NCBI RefSeq assembly: GCF_964213995.1
Contig: NC_135822.1
Location: 59,830,001-59,894,000, forward strand
Length of the DNA: 64,000 nucleotides
DNA from: Mustelus asterias
Taxonomy: Eukaryota
Direction: 5' to 3'
Each line of letters opens with the position of its first letter. Within the stretch, counting starts at the first letter, position 1. Of the stretch, positions 11,230-23,488 are shown piece after piece. The notes below the pieces were generated by a model, which ran no database searches, was not told where the DNA came from, and worked only from the letters and a program-made list of their open reading frames with translations. The position numbers were made by a program, and so were the translations under genes.

Positions 11230-12921
11230 TGGTTGATGAATTTAAGTTTCTGGTCAGAAGTGGTCACAGGATTTTGATTGTGGGGGATTCAGTGATGGTT
11301 TTGCCATTGTTGTATTATTTGCCTGCATGCCATTGTAATATAAAGATGCATGGCAGAGCAAGGATTAACCTGGGACTGGATAACAGCAAAATCCATGGTA
11401 TGATGTATAGAGTCACATGGTAATAGATTGCGAGAACACTATGGAAGCAGTCTGCATCAAACAGTACCATGCAAGACAATATCTGGGATCTGTAAATAGT
11501 TAAAGATTAATAATGAATTGTTCATGTTTAAACATATAAGTTTCAAGCTCCTCATAACTGAGGCACCACAGATGAACCTGTAATGCAACATGATGCTTAG
11601 GAGTGACACCATATTACAACATGGTTGACAGTGGCTGTCGGTGGAGGGGGCATGTCAACCGATGTCCCAGAATATTGCGAGATCGGAGCATGCTCAATGG
11701 CCCCGTGAGCAGTCTTCTGCGGGCCTCTCAAGTGGGATTAGGCCCTGCCGCTCGACCCCCCCCCCCGGGCCCCCATAAATCTTGTGACAGCCTGTGTTGT
11801 ACAGAGTGCTGTAAATTCAATTACACTAAGCTCGGCAAAAAATCAGGCTGGAAAAGGTGAGGTTTTCCCGTCCGTTGGGCATGTCGGATGTTTTGGGGAA
11901 AATCACGCCCATCACATGAGATTCTGGTCCACATCAGGACTAAAACCAGCCAAAACCTGACCACCTGAAAAAAACCTGAAAGTATTTCAGTTGATTCATG
12001 ATCACTGAAATGCCCACTAACATAACAGCTGATCAATATAGCTTGAAAGATTTAAAAACGCTCAGAATCTTGAACAACCTAGCACTTACATGTTATGATA
12101 ACTTTCAACAGAATAATTACAATAAAATCTTTATTATCCAGCAAGCGCAGAGAACAGGTTGTGCTGGTTAACAGAATTTCAGTTATCAATGGAATCCAGG
12201 GCAAAACTTGTACGATGAACTAATATTCAAGTACTCAGGAAGTAAAGAATAGTATCATTCTTACATCTAATCTTCAACAGTACATGAAAATATAAAGTAT
12301 AAAATAATACAGCACACAAGTACAGGCTCTGGACAACATCAGAATTGCTTCTGGTTGGTAAAGTGATGTTTCGTATTAACGAAACATCAGAAATTATGGT
12401 CAGTAGAGAATTCCAGTTACTCATGTGCCGGATAACAGGAAGTTTACTGTATAAAGCGTTGAAATATTTAGAACTGCAGGTCAGGTATATGAGGCAATAG
12501 TACTGTAGCTTCAACAAAAGGTTTCATGTTAAGCTCCAGCCTTATAATGGGATCTATGTTCATTTTAAAAATATTTTCACAACACTATCCTAGCCTGCTA
12601 CCTCATAAGTATTGCTTGAAGTTGAGGGCTCCTTTGATCTTTCCCTGAATTTACTGTGCATTGAAACAGTGTGCTTTGGAAATGGAGGTTTTCAACAGCT
12701 GTGCTCAACATTGTAAACAGGCTGGTGAGTCTGTTAGTAAATCAGCAATTAAGCTCCAACTGATCAAAGTAGATTAGATTGCTGTTTCTGCATTCCTGAG
12801 TGTCTGTGTACACACTTAAAATCATGACACTAAGATCAGAAATACTCCAGTTCACTGACAGAATTAATTTAAAATCTACGACTTCAAGTTGCTTTACCTA
12901 TAATGTTGCCGATCTGAGTTC

Positions 12922-13146
12922 TCTGATATATGCTTTAATGTATTTTGGGATTTGGGGTGTGTACTGCCCCTTTAAAAGGGGTGACCCTGGAGATTAGCTC
13001 CTTCCAGCGCAGGACCCGGTTGTGCAGTCTTAGATCTGACTGTGGAATAGTGCGCACCTGCAATAAATTTGTCCCCAGTGTTCAAGTTACCAAGCCTTCC
13101 TTGTGGTTTTTTAGGGACTATAAAGTCGATTGGTGCATACATAATA
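12922..13146 (+). repeat. 5' LTR of Gypsy element
   Basis: Aligns by eye with 22348-22561 (TGCAGTCTTA.ATCT.ACTGTGGAA, CCCCAGTGTT.AAGTTACCAAGCCT, AATAAA); followed by the PBS. Confidence 0.75.
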
Positions 13147-16100
13147 ACTGGCAATGAGGCTGCCTCACGGCCAATGCATTCTGTTGGCGTTCTGTTCTGA
13201 TGAAGCGGGAGGGAATCGAGCATCGTCCTGGACTTTGTAGGACAGCGCTGGAAAGGAACCGAAGTGTGGCAACTCTACGAAGAATGGGTCGGAGGGTTCC
13301 GACCGCCGTTGCTTCGTTTGAACAGTCCATCGGGGGAGGATCATACTTGCGTGGGAGCCAGCCGAAAACATCGTGGGAAGCAGTCGCCGAGAGGACTTGG
13401 GCAACAGTCGACAGTTGGGAGGGAGTGCTAGTTACGGTCATCGAGGGAGTGGCCATCATGGGGGAGCAGTCTCCGAGGCAACTTGGGCTGTGCGTAGCTG
13501 CTAGTGATGGGGGAGGAGGCTTCGGGCCTAGACATGTGTGACAGGAAAAAAATTACATGGTGGCAAAACAAAATGGTGGCCCTAGCGAGCTGGATACCTT
13601 ATACAGAGCACTTCAGCGCTTATCTGATGGCTAATAAGGTGGGCGATGATATGGTTATACTGGTTTTCTTAAGTACCATGGGGAGTAAGACCTTCGCTGT
13701 TTTAAGAAGTTTGGTACAATCTGAAAAATCGGCTGAAACGATGTACCATGAACTGTGCAATGTATTAAAAGCTCATTTGGCTTCCAAGCAATGATTGCAG
13801 AGCAGTTCAGATTTTATAAGTGTGACCAACTCAAAGGGGAATCCATTGCTTAATTCGTAGCATCTCTGAAGAGACTGGCAGAGCACTGCGAGTTCGGAAA
13901 CATACTCCAGGGTGCCTTACGGGACCAGCTAGTTTGTGCCCTCTGGCATGAAGCCATTCAGCGGAAATTATTAGCTGAAAATAATTTAAAGTTTAAGTCC
14001 ACGTGGAGATTGCAACTTTGATGGAGTTAGCTGCCAGAGAAGCAGCGCAGTTGGTGTCAGCATCCAGGTGTGCAAGGTAGAGGAAGCCCCACAGAGTTCG
14101 ATGCTGCAAGCAGAATGCCGCTGATGTGGCAAGACAGGCCACAGGGAGCCAAATTGCAAGTGCAAGCGAGTTGGTCACATTGCCTGTAATTGCTGGGTGC
14201 AACAAAGCCCAGAGAGAGAGGAAAGGAAGCTTTTAGAAGGGCAAAACAGAAGGTCCGTGTTGCAGCCATGGAGAGGATAGGGAGTCAGTCGGGTCTGCAG
14301 GGGAAGCAGACAGTCCAGAGAAACAGCTCAGGCTGAACATTCCGTCGGTACTATGTGAAGCCCTGGGTTCTCCCTAAACTGGAAGAGAAAAGCTTGAAAA
14401 TGGAAGTTGATACAAGGATGGTGGTGTCCTTGATACCCAAATCAGTATGCAGGGAGAAGTTAAAAGCCCTGCCATCAAAGTCTGCCAAGATCACATTGCG
14501 AACACATACAGAGTAAGTGGCACCCCTTAAGGGGTACAGTTGAGGGATCAGTGGGCAGAATAACCACTTTATGTGGTAAAAGGTGACTACTCTGTAATAT
14601 TTGGACACTCCAGAATTGAAATTGAACTGGGGGCGTGTTTAATAGACTGGCGGACTCAAAAACAAGGTTAAATTTTAGGAAAATTTAAGGATGTCTTTCA
14701 AAGAATGCTTGGAGAGATGAAGGGTGTCAAGGTTAAATTATGGCTCAAGCTGAATGCTTGTCCTAGAAGTTTAAAGGTACATCCATATGCCATTAGGCCT
14801 AAAGTGGAGGCTGAATTGAAACGTTGGTGGATCTGCACGCATTGGAACCAGTGAACACCAGTGAATGAGCCTCCCCAGTTGTTCCGGTCTTGAAATGAGG
14901 TGGATCGGTGAGAATTTGTGGGGATTTTAAAGTGACAGGAAACCCAGCCCTGTGTGTGGACCAATACCTGCTTCCTCTCATCGAGGGCCTTTTCAATGGC
15001 CTGGCATGGGGAAAGAAATTCTCCGAAATGGACCTATTGCAGGCCTATTTGTAGACGGGGGTAGTGAAGAATTCTCAGCCACCGCTAACAATAGTCACAC
15101 ACGGGCATGTTCCGCTATAAGCGGCTTTTTTTTGGCATTATGTCAGCTCTGGCTCTTTTCCAGGGGGCCATGGACCAAATCTTAAGTGAGTTTACAGGGG
15201 TCCAGTGTTACAATATTTTAGTCACGGTTTTGAAAGAAGGAGGAGCATTCAAAGAACCTGGAGGACACCTTAAAGAAGTTGCAGGAGTACAACCTACAAG
15301 TCAAAAGAGAGAAATGCGAGTTCTTTAAGGACCCAATTGAGTACCTAGGCCATGTAATTGATGGCGAGGGTTACACAAGGCATCTAAGAAGATGGAGGCC
15401 AACATGAAGGCCACAGGACCAGAAAATGTGTTCCAATTGAGGTTGTTTGTCGGACTAATTAATTATTACGTCAAGTTTGTTCGGGGTTCTGGTGACAGCT
15501 TTGAAACCAATGCATCAGTTACTGGGAAAAGGGCAGCCATGGAAGTAGACCATAGAATGTGAGGAGGCCTGCTTGATAGTAAAGCAGGCTGTGAAGAGAT
15601 CGGAAGTGCGAGTTGATTTCAACCCATGCAGCTTCCATGGGGCACCTTGTCCTATGGAGTTAGGGCTGTCCTTCCCATATTATGCCAAACGGTGAGGAAA
15701 GACCCATCACATTTGCTTCAAGATCGTTGAAAAAGGCTGAGGAAAAGTATGCTCAGCTGGAAAGAGAAGGCTTGCATCTTTGGCGTCAATAAATTTATCA
15801 CTTCCTATATGGCAGGCATTTTGTACTTTTGATAGACCATCGGCCTTCGACATCCACCTTAGGGCCATACACAGGAATACTGTCCATGGTGGTAGCTCGA
15901 TTGCAAAGATGTGCGTTGATGTTCTTAGCCTACGCATACGAAATCTGGTATTGTCTGTCCGAGAAACACAGCAATGTGGATGCTCTGTCAAGGCTGCCTT
16001 TGCCTGGGGATAAAGATGCTCCCAGCTAGAATCTGAAGATAATGTATTTCACACAAGAAGATAAAGTTCTGGTAATCGCTAACCAGGTGTGGACTGCCAC

Positions 16101-16704
16101 TTGGGATGATCTGATTATGAGCCAGGTAGTGGACCTAGTCCTGCAAGGGAGGTCGAGCCGTAGAAACCACCTGGACTTTAGCTATATATGACCCCAAAAT
16201 GGGAGTTGTCTGTATTGGATGGATGTTTAGTATGAGAGTCATCATTCTCCCATCATTAAGAGGAAAGGTGCTGGAACAGGTGCACCAAGGGCACCCGGGG
16301 TGGTGCAAATGAAAGAAATAGCAAGAAGTTATTTTTGGTGGTCGAATGTTGAAGCAGAAATTGAAGAAGATGCAGAATCATGTGAGTTCTGCGCTTTGGT
16401 ACGGAAGGTGCCACCCTCGTCGCCTCTTCATCTGTGGGAATGGCCCCAGTTGCTGTGGCAGTGAATTCATATTGACTTCGTTGGTTCAGTGGAAGGGCAG
16501 ATGCTCTTAGTGGTAGTGGATGCCCACTCCAAGTGGCCGGCGGACTTGGCTATGAAGTCCATGTCAGCAGAGTCAACGCTGGACAAACTCAATGAAATAT
16601 TTGCCTGGTTGGGTAATCCGGAACAAGTGGTCAGTGACAATGGACCCCACTTTGTAGCACAAGACTTTGTTGAGTACATGGAGCACTATGGAATCAGACA
16701 TATA

Positions 16705-17327
16705 GGAGGCAATTCTCCCAAAAAAGAATCCCCCCCTCCCCCAGCCCGCCCTGATTGCTGGTCTCCCTCCAGTCCTGACCAGATCCCAATGCAGAGTGGC
16801 AGAGGGACCCCTCACCCCGACCGATCACCCCTAAGCCCCTCCCCTTAGGCACTGCCCCCTAGGTCCTGCCCCCTTGGCACTGCCCCGTGCCCAATGGGCA
16901 GTGCCAAGGTGCCTGCTGGGCATGGGCACTTTGCCTCTTGGTCACTGCCAGGGTGCCCATGCCCAGAGGACGCCACCCCCCAGCACCCAACCCCTTGGGG
17001 ATCCTGATTGCCCCCCCTTCACTCCAGCGGGCTCTCCCGCTAGTTCCCCAAAAGCGACTCTAAACCCCGGAGTGAAATTGTACTGGCGGGGTGGGAGATG
17101 CTATTGGGCCCGGAGAATTCAGTGCCGAGCCCGATAATCACATTCAAATATGATTAAAATTAATTACCTGCTGTTACCACCGGTTTCCAGTGTGGTCCCG
17201 ACTGCGCCAAATATCCGTCGCTGGGAGATGCGCGTGCATCGGGAACGCCAGCGCGAATCGGTGCATGCGCAATTTTCCAGCCTAACCCGCCAAAAAATTA
17301 GCGGGTCAGGATGGGAGATTCGCGGCC
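16705..17327. mobile_element. Harbinger-type MITE inserted in the Gypsy integrase
   Basis: Imperfect TIRs GGAGGCAATTCTCCCA / TGGGAGATTCGCGGCC; flanks ATA/ATG; splits GIRHI|SALYHPATNG. Confidence 0.7.
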
Positions 17328-17686
17328 ATGATGTCAGCACTGTATCACCCGGCAACAAATGGTCTGGCAGAACAATTTGTCCAGACCGTGAAAAGCTCCC
17401 CGAAGTCGTCGCAAGGACAGTGGGTAAATACATTTCTGAGTATCTACCGCAACACGCCACACGCGACAACGCAGTGCTCGCCGACTTTGTTGATGTTCAA
17501 CTGGAAATTGAGGACCATGTTTAACCTGCTGCGGCTGGAGGAGACCAGAGAAGTGGTTGAGTGGAACCAAGAGTGGAACCAAGATGGCAGAAGAGGAGGA
17601 AGTGTGAACAAACAAAGAACAAAGAACAGTACAGCACAGGAAACAGGCCCTTCGGCCCTCCAAGCCTGTGCCGCTCCTTGGTCCAA

Positions 17687-20611
17687 CTAGACCAATCGTT
17701 TGTATCCCTCCATTCCCAGGCTGCTCATGTGACTATCCAGGTAAGTCTTAAACGATGTCAGCGTGCCTGCCTCCACCACCCTACTTGGCAGCGCATTCCA
17801 GGCCCCCACCACCCTCTGTGTAAAAAACGTCCCTCTGATGTCTGAGTTATACTTCGCCCCTCTCAGCTTGAGCCCGTGACCCCTCGTGATCGTCACCTCC
17901 GACCTGGGAAAAAGCTTCCCACTGTTCACCCTATCTATACCCTTCATAATCTTGTATACCTCTATTAGATCTCCCCTCATTCTCCGTCTTTCCAAGGAGA
18001 ACAACCCCAGTCTACCCAATCTCTCCTCATAGCTAAGACCCTCCATACCAGGCAACATCCTGGTAAACCTTCTCTGCACTCTCTCCAATGCCTCCACGTC
18101 CTTCTGGTAGTGCGGCGACCAGAACTGGACGCAGTACTCCAAATGTGGCCTAACCAGCGTTCTATACAGCTGCATCATCAGACTCCAGCTTTTATACTCT
18201 ATACCCCGTCCTATAAAGGCAAGCATACCATATGCCTTCTTCACCACCTTCTCCAACTGTGTTGCCACCTTCAAGGATTTGTGGACTTGCACACCTAGGT
18301 CCCTCTGTGTTTCTATACTCCTGATGACTCTGCCATTTATTGTATAACTCCTCCCTACATTATTTCTTCCAAAATGCATCACTTCGCATTTATCCGGATT
18401 AAATTCCATCTGCCACCTCTCTGCCCAATTTTCCAGCCTATCTATATCCTGCTGTATTGCCCGACAATGCTCTTCGCTATCCGCAATTCCAGCCATCTTC
18501 GTGTCATCCGCAAACTTGCTGATTACACCAGTTACACCTTCTTCCAAATCATTTATGTATATCACAAATAGCAGAGGTCCCAGTACAGAGCCCTGCGGAA
18601 CACCACTGGTCACAGACCTCCAGCCGGAAAAAGACCCTTCGACCACTACCCTCTGTCTCCTATGGCCAAGCCAGTTCTCCACCCATCGAGCCACTTCTCC
18701 TTGTATCCCATGAGCCTTAACCTTCTTAACCAACCTGCCATGTGGGACTTTGTCAAATGCCTTACTGAAATCCATATAGACGACATCCACGGCCCTTCCT
18801 TCATCAACCGTTTTTGTCACTTCCTCAAAAAACTCCACCAAATTTGTAAGGCACGACCTCCCTCTTACAAAACCATGCTGTCTGTCACTAATGAGATTGT
18901 TCCGTTCTAAATGCACATACATCCTGTCTCTAAGAATCCTCTCCAACAACTTCCCTACCACGGACGTCAAGCTCACCGGCCTATAATTTCCTGGGTTATC
19001 CCTGCTACTTTTCTTAAACAACGGGACCACATTCGCTATCCTCCAATCCTCAGGGACCTCACCCGTGTCCAAAGAAGCGACAAAGATTTCCGTCAGAGGC
19101 CCAGCAATTTCACCTCTCGTCTCCCTGAGCAGTCGAGGATAGATGCCATCAGGCCCTGGGGCTTTGTCAGTTTTAATGTTCCCTAAAAAACCTAACACTT
19201 CCTCTCTTGTAATGGAGATTTTCTCTAACGGGTCAACACCTCCCTCCGAGACACTCCCGGTTAACACGCCCCTCTCCTTCGTGAATACCGATGCAAAGTA
19301 TTCATTTAGGATCTCCCCTATTCCCTTGGGTTCTAAGCATAATTCCCCTCCTTTGTCCCTGAGAGGTCCGATTTTCTCCCTGACAACTCTTTTGTTCCTA
19401 ACGTATGAATAGAATGCCTTAGGATTCTCCTTAATCCTGTCTGCCAAGAACATCTCGTGACCTCTTTTTGCCCTCCTAACTCCCCGTTTGAGATCTTTCC
19501 TACTCTCTCTGTATTCCTCCAGAGCTCCATCTGTTTTTAGTTGCCTGGACTTAACGTACGCCTCCCTTTTCATTTTAATCAGATCCTCAATTTCCCTGGT
19601 TATCCACGGCTCTCGAATCCTACCTTTCCTATCTTTCCTTTTTACAGGCACATGCCTATCCTGCAGCCTTATCAATAGTTCCTTAAAAGACTCCCACATG
19701 CCAGACGCGGACTTACCCTCGAACATCCTCTCCCAATCAACATCCACCAATTCCTGCCTAATCCGGCTATAGTCAGCCTTCCCCCAATTTAGCACCCTGC
19801 CCGTAGGACAGCACTCATCCTTGTCCATTACTATCCTAAAGTTAACAGAGTTGTGGTCACTATTTGCCACATGTTCCCCTACCGAAACTTTGACGACCTG
19901 GCCGGGCTCATTTCCCAGAACTAGGTCCAGTATAGCCCCCTCTCTAGTCGGGCTATCTACATACTGTTCCAAAGAACCTTCCAGTACGCATTTTACAAAT
20001 TCCTCCCCGTCCGGTCCCCCAGCTCTAAGCACTTTCCAGTCTGTGCCAGGGAAATTAAAGTCCCCCACTACAACAACCCTATGTTTTCTGCACCTATCCA
20101 GAATCTCCTGACATATCCTTTCCTCCACTTCCCGTGGGCTGTTGGGTGGTCTGTAGTACACCCCCAGCATAGTGACTGCACCCTTCCTGTTTCTGAGTTC
20201 CACCCACAGCGACTCAGTACATGACCCCTCTAAGTTGTCTACCCTCTGCACCGCGGTAATATGCTCCTTAACTAATATCGCTACTCCCCCACCTTTTTTA
20301 GCCCCTCCTCTGTCTCGCCTAAAACACTTATACCCCGGAATATTCAGCTGCCAGTCCTGTCCTTCTTTTAACCAAGTTTCCGTCACCGCAACCACATCCA
20401 AATTCCGCACAAGCATTAAGGCCCTAAGTTCGTCTGTTTTATCCGTTACACTCCTCGCATTGAAGCAGATGCACTCCAGACCTCCAGGCCCAGTCAGGTC
20501 CTCCTCCTCCAGAGTGCTCCTCTTCTTAGCTAGCCTTGCCCTGGCCCCCAGCTCGACCCCAGCCTCAGTATTTACTGACCTCCTGTTTTGTTCCCCACCC
20601 CCCCTGCCACA
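17687..20611 (-). CDS. CR1 ORF2: AP-like endonuclease + reverse transcriptase (frame open from 20611; first ATG at 20416)
   Basis: LECICFNARS (upstream of the first ATG), VAVTETWL, GDFN, LDLVL, SDH, KAPGPDGI, NYRPVSLTS, DFSKAFD, GVPQGSVLGP, FADD. Confidence 0.93.
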   Translation of the reverse strand, partial: CGRGGGEQNRRSVNTEAGVELGARARLAKKRSTLEEEDLTGPGGLECICFNARSVTDKTDELRALMLVRNLDVVAVTETWLKEGQDWQLNIPGYKCFRRDRGGAKKGGGVAILVKEHITAVQRVDNLEGSCTESLWVELRNRKGAVTMLGVYYRPPNSPREVEERICQEILDRCRKHRVVVVGDFNFPGTDWKVLRAGGPDGEEFVKCVLEGSLEQYVDSPTREGAILDLVLGNEPGQVVKVSVGEHVANSDHNSVNFRIVMDKDECCPTGRVLNWGKADYSRIRQELVDVDWERMFEGKSASGMWESFKELLIRLQDRHVPVKRKDRKGRIREPWITREIEDLIKMKREAYVKSRQLKTDGALEEYRESRKDLKRGVRRAKRGHEMFLADRIKENPKAFYSYVRNKRVVREKIGPLRDKGGELCLEPKGIGEILNEYFASVFTKERGVLTGSVSEGGVDPLEKISITREEVLGFLGNIKTDKAPGPDGIYPRLLRETRGEIAGPLTEIFVASLDTGEVPEDWRIANVVPLFKKSSRDNPGNYRPVSLTSVVGKLLERILRDRMYVHLERNNLISDRQHGFVRGRSCLTNLVEFFEEVTKTVDEGRAVDVVYMDFSKAFDKVPHGRLVKKVKAHGIQGEVARWVENWLGHRRQRVVVEGSFSGWRSVTSGVPQGSVLGPLLFVIYINDLEEGVTGVISKFADDTKMAGIADSEEHCRAIQQDIDRLENWAERWQMEFNPDKCEVMHFGRNNVGRSYTINGRVIRSIETQRDLGVQVHKSLKVATQLEKVVKKAYGMLAFIGRGIEYKSWSLMMQLYRTLVRPHLEYCVQFWSPHYQKDVEALERVQRRFTRMLPGMEGLSYEERLGRLGLFSLERRRMRGDLIEVYKIMKGIDRVNSGKLFPRSEVTITRGHGLKLRGAKYNSDIRGTFFTQRVVGAWNALPSRVVEAGTLTSFKTYLDSHMSSLGMEGYKRLV

Positions 20612-21640
20612 CTAGTTTAAATCCTGCCGAAACACTCGAGCAAAACTCCCAGCCAGGATATTTGCTCCCTTCCAGTTAAGGTGTAACCCATCCTTTCTGT
20701 ACAGTTGCCATCCTGACTTGAAGATTTCCCAGTTATCTATGAATTTAAAACCCTCCCTCTTGCACCAGTCCTTTAGCCACGCGTTCAACTGTAGAATCTC
20801 CCTGTTCCGAGCCTCACTTGCACTAGGCACCGGGAGCAGTCCAGAGATTGCTACTCTGGAGGTCTTACTTTTTAGCCTAGCACCCAACTCCCTGAATTTC
20901 TCTCGTATGACCCCCCTGCTCTTCCTACCTACATCATTTCCCCCAATGTGTACAATCACATCCGTTTGACTACCTTCCTTTTTAAATATGCTTCCTACCC
21001 TCTCGGAGACATCCAGTACCCCGGCACCAGGGAGGCAGACTACCATCCTGGATTCTCGTTCAGTCCCACAGAAGCGCCTGTCCGTGCCTCTAACTATTGC
21101 GTCCCCCACAACTATCGCTCTCCTAAACCCCTTCTTTCCCTTCCGGACCCCTGAGCCTGTCTCCGTGGAGGCGATCTGGTCCTCGTGGCTTACCCCTGGA
21201 GGGTCATCCCCCTCCACAGAATCCAAAACAATATACCTATTTTGGAGGGGGACAACCACAGGGGATCCCTCCACAGACTGCTCACTCCCTTCCCTTCTCC
21301 CATCTGTTGCCCATCCCTTTCTCTTATGGGAGACTGCCACTGGGGTGCTTTCTGGCACATCACCCTTCTGACTATTACCCCTCCTAACCGTGACCCACGT
21401 GTCTTCCTTCCGAGACCCTGGTGTCACTACCTGACTATAACTTTTATCTATTACTCTCTCATTTTCCCTAACTAAACTGAGTTCATCGAGCCTCAGCTCC
21501 AGCTCCCTTACACGATCCTTCAGGAGATGCAGTTCCACACATCTGGCACAGATATGGACTTCCGGGAGGCAAGTTGTCTCCAGGAACTCCCACATCCCAC
21601 ACCGAATGCAGTATACTGGCCTCCCACTCATACCAGCCAT
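20612..21640 (-). CDS. CR1 ORF1: CxxC..CxxC zinc finger, coiled coil, SGNH-esterase domain
   Basis: CIRC..CARC, LKDRVRELELRLDEL, GDA (block I), CLPGA, HIGGND, DGLH; likely start MAGMSG at 21640. Confidence 0.9.
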   Translation of the reverse strand: MAGMSGRPVYCIRCGMWEFLETTCLPEVHICARCVELHLLKDRVRELELRLDELSLVRENERVIDKSYSQVVTPGSRKEDTWVTVRRGNSQKGDVPESTPVAVSHKRKGWATDGRREGSEQSVEGSPVVVPLQNRYIVLDSVEGDDPPGVSHEDQIASTETGSGVRKGKKGFRRAIVVGDAIVRGTDRRFCGTERESRMVVCLPGAGVLDVSERVGSIFKKEGSQTDVIVHIGGNDVGRKSRGVIREKFRELGARLKSKTSRVAISGLLPVPSASEARNREILQLNAWLKDWCKREGFKFIDNWEIFKSGWQLYRKDGLHLNWKGANILAGSFARVFRQDLN

Positions 21641-22347
21641 GTCCTTTTTAGTTTTGGGGATAAAACAAAAAGGGGGTGTAACCGAAGAAAAACAAACAAA
21701 CAACCTTCCTCGCCTTCGCCGAAGCCCTGTGAGCCAAAGCCCTTATAGCTCTCACTCTGTCCCCTGCTCACTCCAGAAAGGGGAGTTTGTTCTGGCCAGG
21801 AATTGTACTTTTGGGAGAAGTGGATATCGGCTACCATTGTTGCAAAAATAGGACTCTTGTCCTACACAGCATAGACCAGGGATGAGCTGGTTTGGAGCAG
21901 ACATGCTGACCAATTGGTCACAGCACTGCATCAAAGGTGGGAAGCCCCACAAACGAAAGAATCGTCCAGGATGGCCCTATTGGTATTGCCCGAGCCTAGA
22001 ATTTCAGAGTCAGAGTTGGTCACCCCAAGGGAGGACGCAGCATCAGCGGCACCGGCCACCCATAGCCTGCCTGAGAGGATCCCCACGCTGAGCAGCAGGA
22101 TCTTCCCGAATCCCGGAAGAACACTCAGGAAAAGGTTCCTGAAACGAGGAAATAGCCGAGACGAAACTGCCATCCCCCTGATAGACTCATTATGTCCATG
22201 TGAACTGTCTGAAGGGACTTCAGTAGTTTGCAAATCTCTGTAAATATTCTCCATTATATGTATACATGTTTCTCCATTGTATATATATATATATATGTGT
22301 GTTTCAGTGGGGAAGTTTTGGATTAAAGGGCTCCAAAATATAATGGG

Positions 22348-22561
22348 TGTGATATATGTATATAATGTGTGTTGGGGTTTGGGTTGTGTCCTGCCCCTTT
22401 AAGAGTGCGGATCACGTGACACTGGAGGGACTCAATTGTGCAGTCTTAAATCTAACTGTGGAACAGGGCACACCTACAATAAAGAGCACCCCAGTGTTTA
22501 AGTTACCAAGCCTACCTCGTGGTCCTTTAGGCACCATAAGTTGATAGGTGCATGCGTACTA
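22348..22561 (+). repeat. 3' LTR of Gypsy element
   Basis: Starts TGTGATATATG; homologous to 12922-13146. Confidence 0.75.
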
Positions 22562-22836
22562 AATTGCACCAAGCAGGTGTACTGCAGGTTTTGTCTTATG
22601 ACTGCCATCATCCTTTTATTGAAGAAACCAGGCAATTTACAGATTTCAACTCATTCATCAATGGGATGTCCCTTGGGAAAGGCAGAAAATGAACTGACTG
22701 ACTCTCAAAACAACTTTACACCTATAAGAGACATTATATGTGACTTCTATGATAACAAGATACAATAAATCATCAACCTTTCAAAATCTAGATTCTTAAG
22801 AGAACAGCTCCTTTGGGTGGGCTGTTGATACCTATG

Positions 22837-23014
22837 GATGTGGAGATGCCGGCATTGGACTGGGGTAAACACAATAAGAGTTTTAACAACACCAGGTTTA
22901 TTTGGTAGCAAATGCCATTAGCTTTCGGAGCCCTGCTCCTTCTGACGAAGGAGACTCCATCTGATGAAGGAGCAGGGCTCCGAAAGCTAATGGCGTTTGC
23001 TACCAAATAAACCT
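22837..23014 (-). mobile_element. Mini palindromic PLE insertion containing a hammerhead
   Basis: PLE tail on the left (minus strand), ~50-bp inverted arms, TSD GATACCTATG at 22827-22836 and 23015-23024. Confidence 0.85.
22957..22993 (+). ncRNA. Minimal type-I hammerhead ribozyme motif
   Basis: CCAT-CTGATGA-A-GGAGC-AGG-GCTCC-GAAA-GCTA-ATGG. Confidence 0.8.
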
Positions 23015-23358
23015 GATACCTATGAAATCAAAGGTCAGCAAAAATTTTAAAAGTGTATTTCTCCTTTTGATAGAACAGGAATCATTGCCTAAGACTTTTA
23101 AGTCCCTATTCTAAAGAAATCAATAAACGCAGGTAAAAAGTAATGTGTTCATCCTGTGAGTGAAATACATTCCCAGAGCATGTAATCTCCCCTCAAACAT
23201 TTCTCATCACTTGGACCTGAGTACTGAAGTGCCCTTTTAGCCCCTTTTCTGAGATCAGTATCACCTCTTAATTATAGAATAGAATCTATAATTGATGGTG
23301 CATTCGGCCCATCGAGCCTGCACCGACCACAATCCCACCCATGCCTTATCCCCATAAC

Positions 23359-23488
23359 ACAGTAAGAAGTTTAGCAACACCAGGTTAAAGTCCAACAGGT
23401 TTATTAAATAAGCCTGTTGGACTTTAACCTGGTGTTGTTAGACTTCTTACTGTGTTTACCCCAGTCCAACGCCGACATCTCCACATCA
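23359..23488 (+). mobile_element. Mini palindromic PLE insertion
   Basis: ~47-bp inverted arms plus PLE tail; TSD TTATCCCCATAAC at 23346-23358 and 23489-23501. Confidence 0.85.

Larger units (their letters stand above)
17606..21773 (-). mobile_element. Full-length CR1 LINE (copy A) nested in the Gypsy element
   Basis: ORF1 and ORF2 without internal stops; short 5' UTR; (GTTCTTTG)n 3' tail; Gypsy sequence resumes at ~21774. Confidence 0.95.
12922..22561 (+). mobile_element. Degraded Gypsy (Ty3) LTR retrotransposon with nested insertions
   Basis: Diverged paired LTRs; PBS TGGCAATGAGG at 13149; frameshifted gag (RDQLVC.L), RT (FGIMSA..LFQ.AMD), RNase H and integrase (VVVDAHSKW, VSDNGPHF, YHPATNGLAE). 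Confidence 0.85.

Noticed and set aside
12060-12520. Possible host exons (minus-strand GTAAGT donor at ~12088; open frames on both strands)
   Set aside because: No convincing acceptor-donor pair and no recognisable protein; it could be unique non-coding DNA but I cannot support a call.
13500-16700. Domesticated Gypsy gene
   Set aside because: Numerous stops and frameshifts across gag, RT and integrase indicate neutral decay.
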